The translations under genes and the position numbers were made by a program. Of a stretch of 64,000 nt of DNA, positions 62,345-64,000 are shown in pieces. Location: assembly GCA_030770535.1 (NCBI GenBank), contig JASVEC010000016.1, forward strand, positions 868,001-932,000. Direction: 5' to 3'. Positions within the stretch are counted from its first letter, which is position 1. Every line of letters begins with the position of its first letter. The stretch is from Batkoa obscura. Lineage: Eukaryota. A model generated the notes under the pieces. That model searched no databases. It saw nothing but the letters and a program-made list of their open reading frames with translations, and was not told the origin of the DNA.

Positions 62345-63493
62345 ATGGTTTACTTTAATAACAAACTTTTCTTTTCTGCCCTTATTGTAGCTTGCGCTAA
62401 TGCTGCTGAAAACGTGATGCAAATGACTCAAGCTACTCCAAGTGTAATTCCAAGTACTCAAGCTACTGTTAATAACATGCCATTATTAAATAATATGCAA
62501 CCTAATGCTGCTGGTAAAAAAGAAGAAAAGAGAGACCCATACAATGGAGGAGATGACTATAAAAAAGAAGAATATTCCAAAGACAATAAATATGAAAGAC
62601 GTGGATATGGTGATTATCATGTCAAACATCATAATGACTATGATAATTATAGTAAACATCATAATGATTACGATAGCTATAGTAAACATCATGATGGCTA
62701 TGGGAAATCAAAATATGAAAGACGTGATTACGGTAATGATTATGATGGTTATAGTGAGCATCATGGATATGAAAGACGTGGATATGGTGAGAAGCATCAT
62801 GATGATTACGATAGCTACAGTAGACATCATGGTGGCTACGGAAAACCAAAATATGAAAGACGTGGATATGGTGATGATTACCATGTAAAACATCACAACG
62901 ATTATGACGGCTATAGTAAGCATCATGGATATGAAAGACGTGGATATGGTGAGAAACATCATGATGATTACGATAGCTACAGTAGACATCATGGTGGCTA
63001 CGGAAAACCAAAATATGAAAGACGTGGTTATGGCGATGATTACCATGTAAAGCATCACAACGATTATGACGGCTATAGTAAGCATCATGGATATGAAAGA
63101 CGTGGATACGGTGACTACCATGTGAAGCATCACAATGACTATGATGGCTATGGTCAACATCACAAATACGAGAGACGTGGTTATGGTGATGACTACCATA
63201 AGAAACATAATGATTATGATAATTACGGTAAACATCACGGATACGAAAGACGTGGTTATGGCGATGACTACCATAAGAAACATAATGATTACGATAATTA
63301 CGGTAAACATCACGGATATGAAAGACGTGGTTACGGTGATGATCATCACAAACACCACAATAGCTATGATAAATATGGGTCACACCATGATAGTTATGAC
63401 AAGTATGGGTCACACCATGGCTATGATCGACGTGATTATGGTAGCGGTTATGGTAATCATCATGACAAGTACGGATCTCATAGTTCTTACTAA
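62345..63493 (+). CDS. Secreted KEX2-processed repeat protein (KEP)-like precursor of His/Tyr/Gly/Asp-rich peptides
   Basis: Signal-peptide-like N-terminus ending 'ANA'; pro-region ending EKR; ten YERR and one YDRR dibasic sites separating homologous repeats; intronless, 382 aa. Confidence 0.88.
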   Translation: MVYFNNKLFFSALIVACANAAENVMQMTQATPSVIPSTQATVNNMPLLNNMQPNAAGKKEEKRDPYNGGDDYKKEEYSKDNKYERRGYGDYHVKHHNDYDNYSKHHNDYDSYSKHHDGYGKSKYERRDYGNDYDGYSEHHGYERRGYGEKHHDDYDSYSRHHGGYGKPKYERRGYGDDYHVKHHNDYDGYSKHHGYERRGYGEKHHDDYDSYSRHHGGYGKPKYERRGYGDDYHVKHHNDYDGYSKHHGYERRGYGDYHVKHHNDYDGYGQHHKYERRGYGDDYHKKHNDYDNYGKHHGYERRGYGDDYHKKHNDYDNYGKHHGYERRGYGDDHHKHHNSYDKYGSHHDSYDKYGSHHGYDRRDYGSGYGNHHDKYGSHSSY

Positions 63494-63652
63494 GTTTGGA
63501 AATAAATCCTTATACTTCTTAAAATAAAGCATTGAGATATTTATTATTGAATAATTTACAAGTTATACATATGTTTTTGAGGATCTAAGACTATTTACTA
63601 TAAAGTTATAGCAATTAACTTTAAAAAGTTTCAATGAAACAAATAAGAATAT

Positions 63653-63750
63653 TGGGAGTGTTTTTTTGGCTTCATTACTTTTTCATTTTTTAAGCATTAT
63701 TTGAGTGGAAAAATTATTAGTAAAATTCTTAAACAAAAAAATACATCCTT
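63653..63750 (-). mobile_element. MITE family A copy
   Basis: TGGGAGTGTTTT...AAATACATCC core match. Confidence 0.85.
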
Positions 63751-63755
63751 TTATA

Positions 63756-63860
63756 GATTATAAAAAGAAATACTATGATAATTATAGTAGTCCTACTCCA
63801 TATAGTTTGTATCATGGCTATAGTAGTTACAATAAATATGAATTTTGTACTTTTTATTAA
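63756..63860 (+). pseudogene. Relic 3' end of a paralog of the repeat-protein gene
   Basis: Frame DYKKKYYDNYSSPTPYSLYHGYSSYNKYEFCTFY*; last codons align with KYGSHSSY* of 62345-63493. Confidence 0.55.
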
Positions 63861-64000
63861 GTTAAAATATTGATATATAGAATAAAATTTGATTATTTTT
63901 AATATTATAATAAAATCATATAAATAGTCAATTAAAAATTATAAAAATCTAAAATATACAATAAACTTTTTAAATGGATCCTATTTAAATTTCACTATTT

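Noticed and set aside
62534..63493. CRISPR-like appearance of regularly spaced 'tatgaaagacgtgg' repeats
   Set aside because: The repeats are in-frame codons (YERRG), the spacers are homologous to each other, the context is eukaryotic and there are no cas genes.
62486..63527. Long alternative-frame and antisense ORFs (263, 216, 130, 127 and 68 aa) over the repeat gene
   Set aside because: By-products of the repetitive CAT/GAT/TAT/GGT codons; only the 62345 frame has a signal peptide and coherent processing sites.

Overview
A very AT-rich, intron-rich eukaryotic window with short (~40-55 nt) GT-AG introns. The gene set (VAC8, LAA1, PSA1, fungal-type DIP2/CMR2, yeast-type H3) points to a fungus. 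The AT bias, Gemin5-like gene and orphan 7TM gene suggest an early-diverging lineage such as Zoopagomycota/Entomophthoromycotina (inference only). About 18 protein-coding genes are supported: a Gemin5-like WD40 protein, TSR2, a possible HAUS8-like coiled-coil protein, SPT16, NUG1, a mitochondrial-type ThrRS, a 7TM receptor-like protein, an RVxF-ankyrin protein, VAC8, CDC48, a homeodomain factor, histone H3, LSC2, a LEA_2-like membrane protein, LAA1, PSA1, DIP2 and a secreted His/Tyr/Gly/Asp-rich repeat protein. Intergenic DNA carries roughly 20 copies of a ~100-bp TA-flanked MITE, a 663-bp element with ~200-bp terminal inverted repeats and a decayed coding relic. The two most interesting signals are (1) the KEX2-processed-repeat (KEP)-type precursor at 62345-63493, predicted to release 12 His/Tyr-rich peptides, with a relic paralog just downstream, and (2) an unusually long, GC-rich, multi-hairpin intron in histone H3. 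Exon boundaries were read by eye and no database searches were run.
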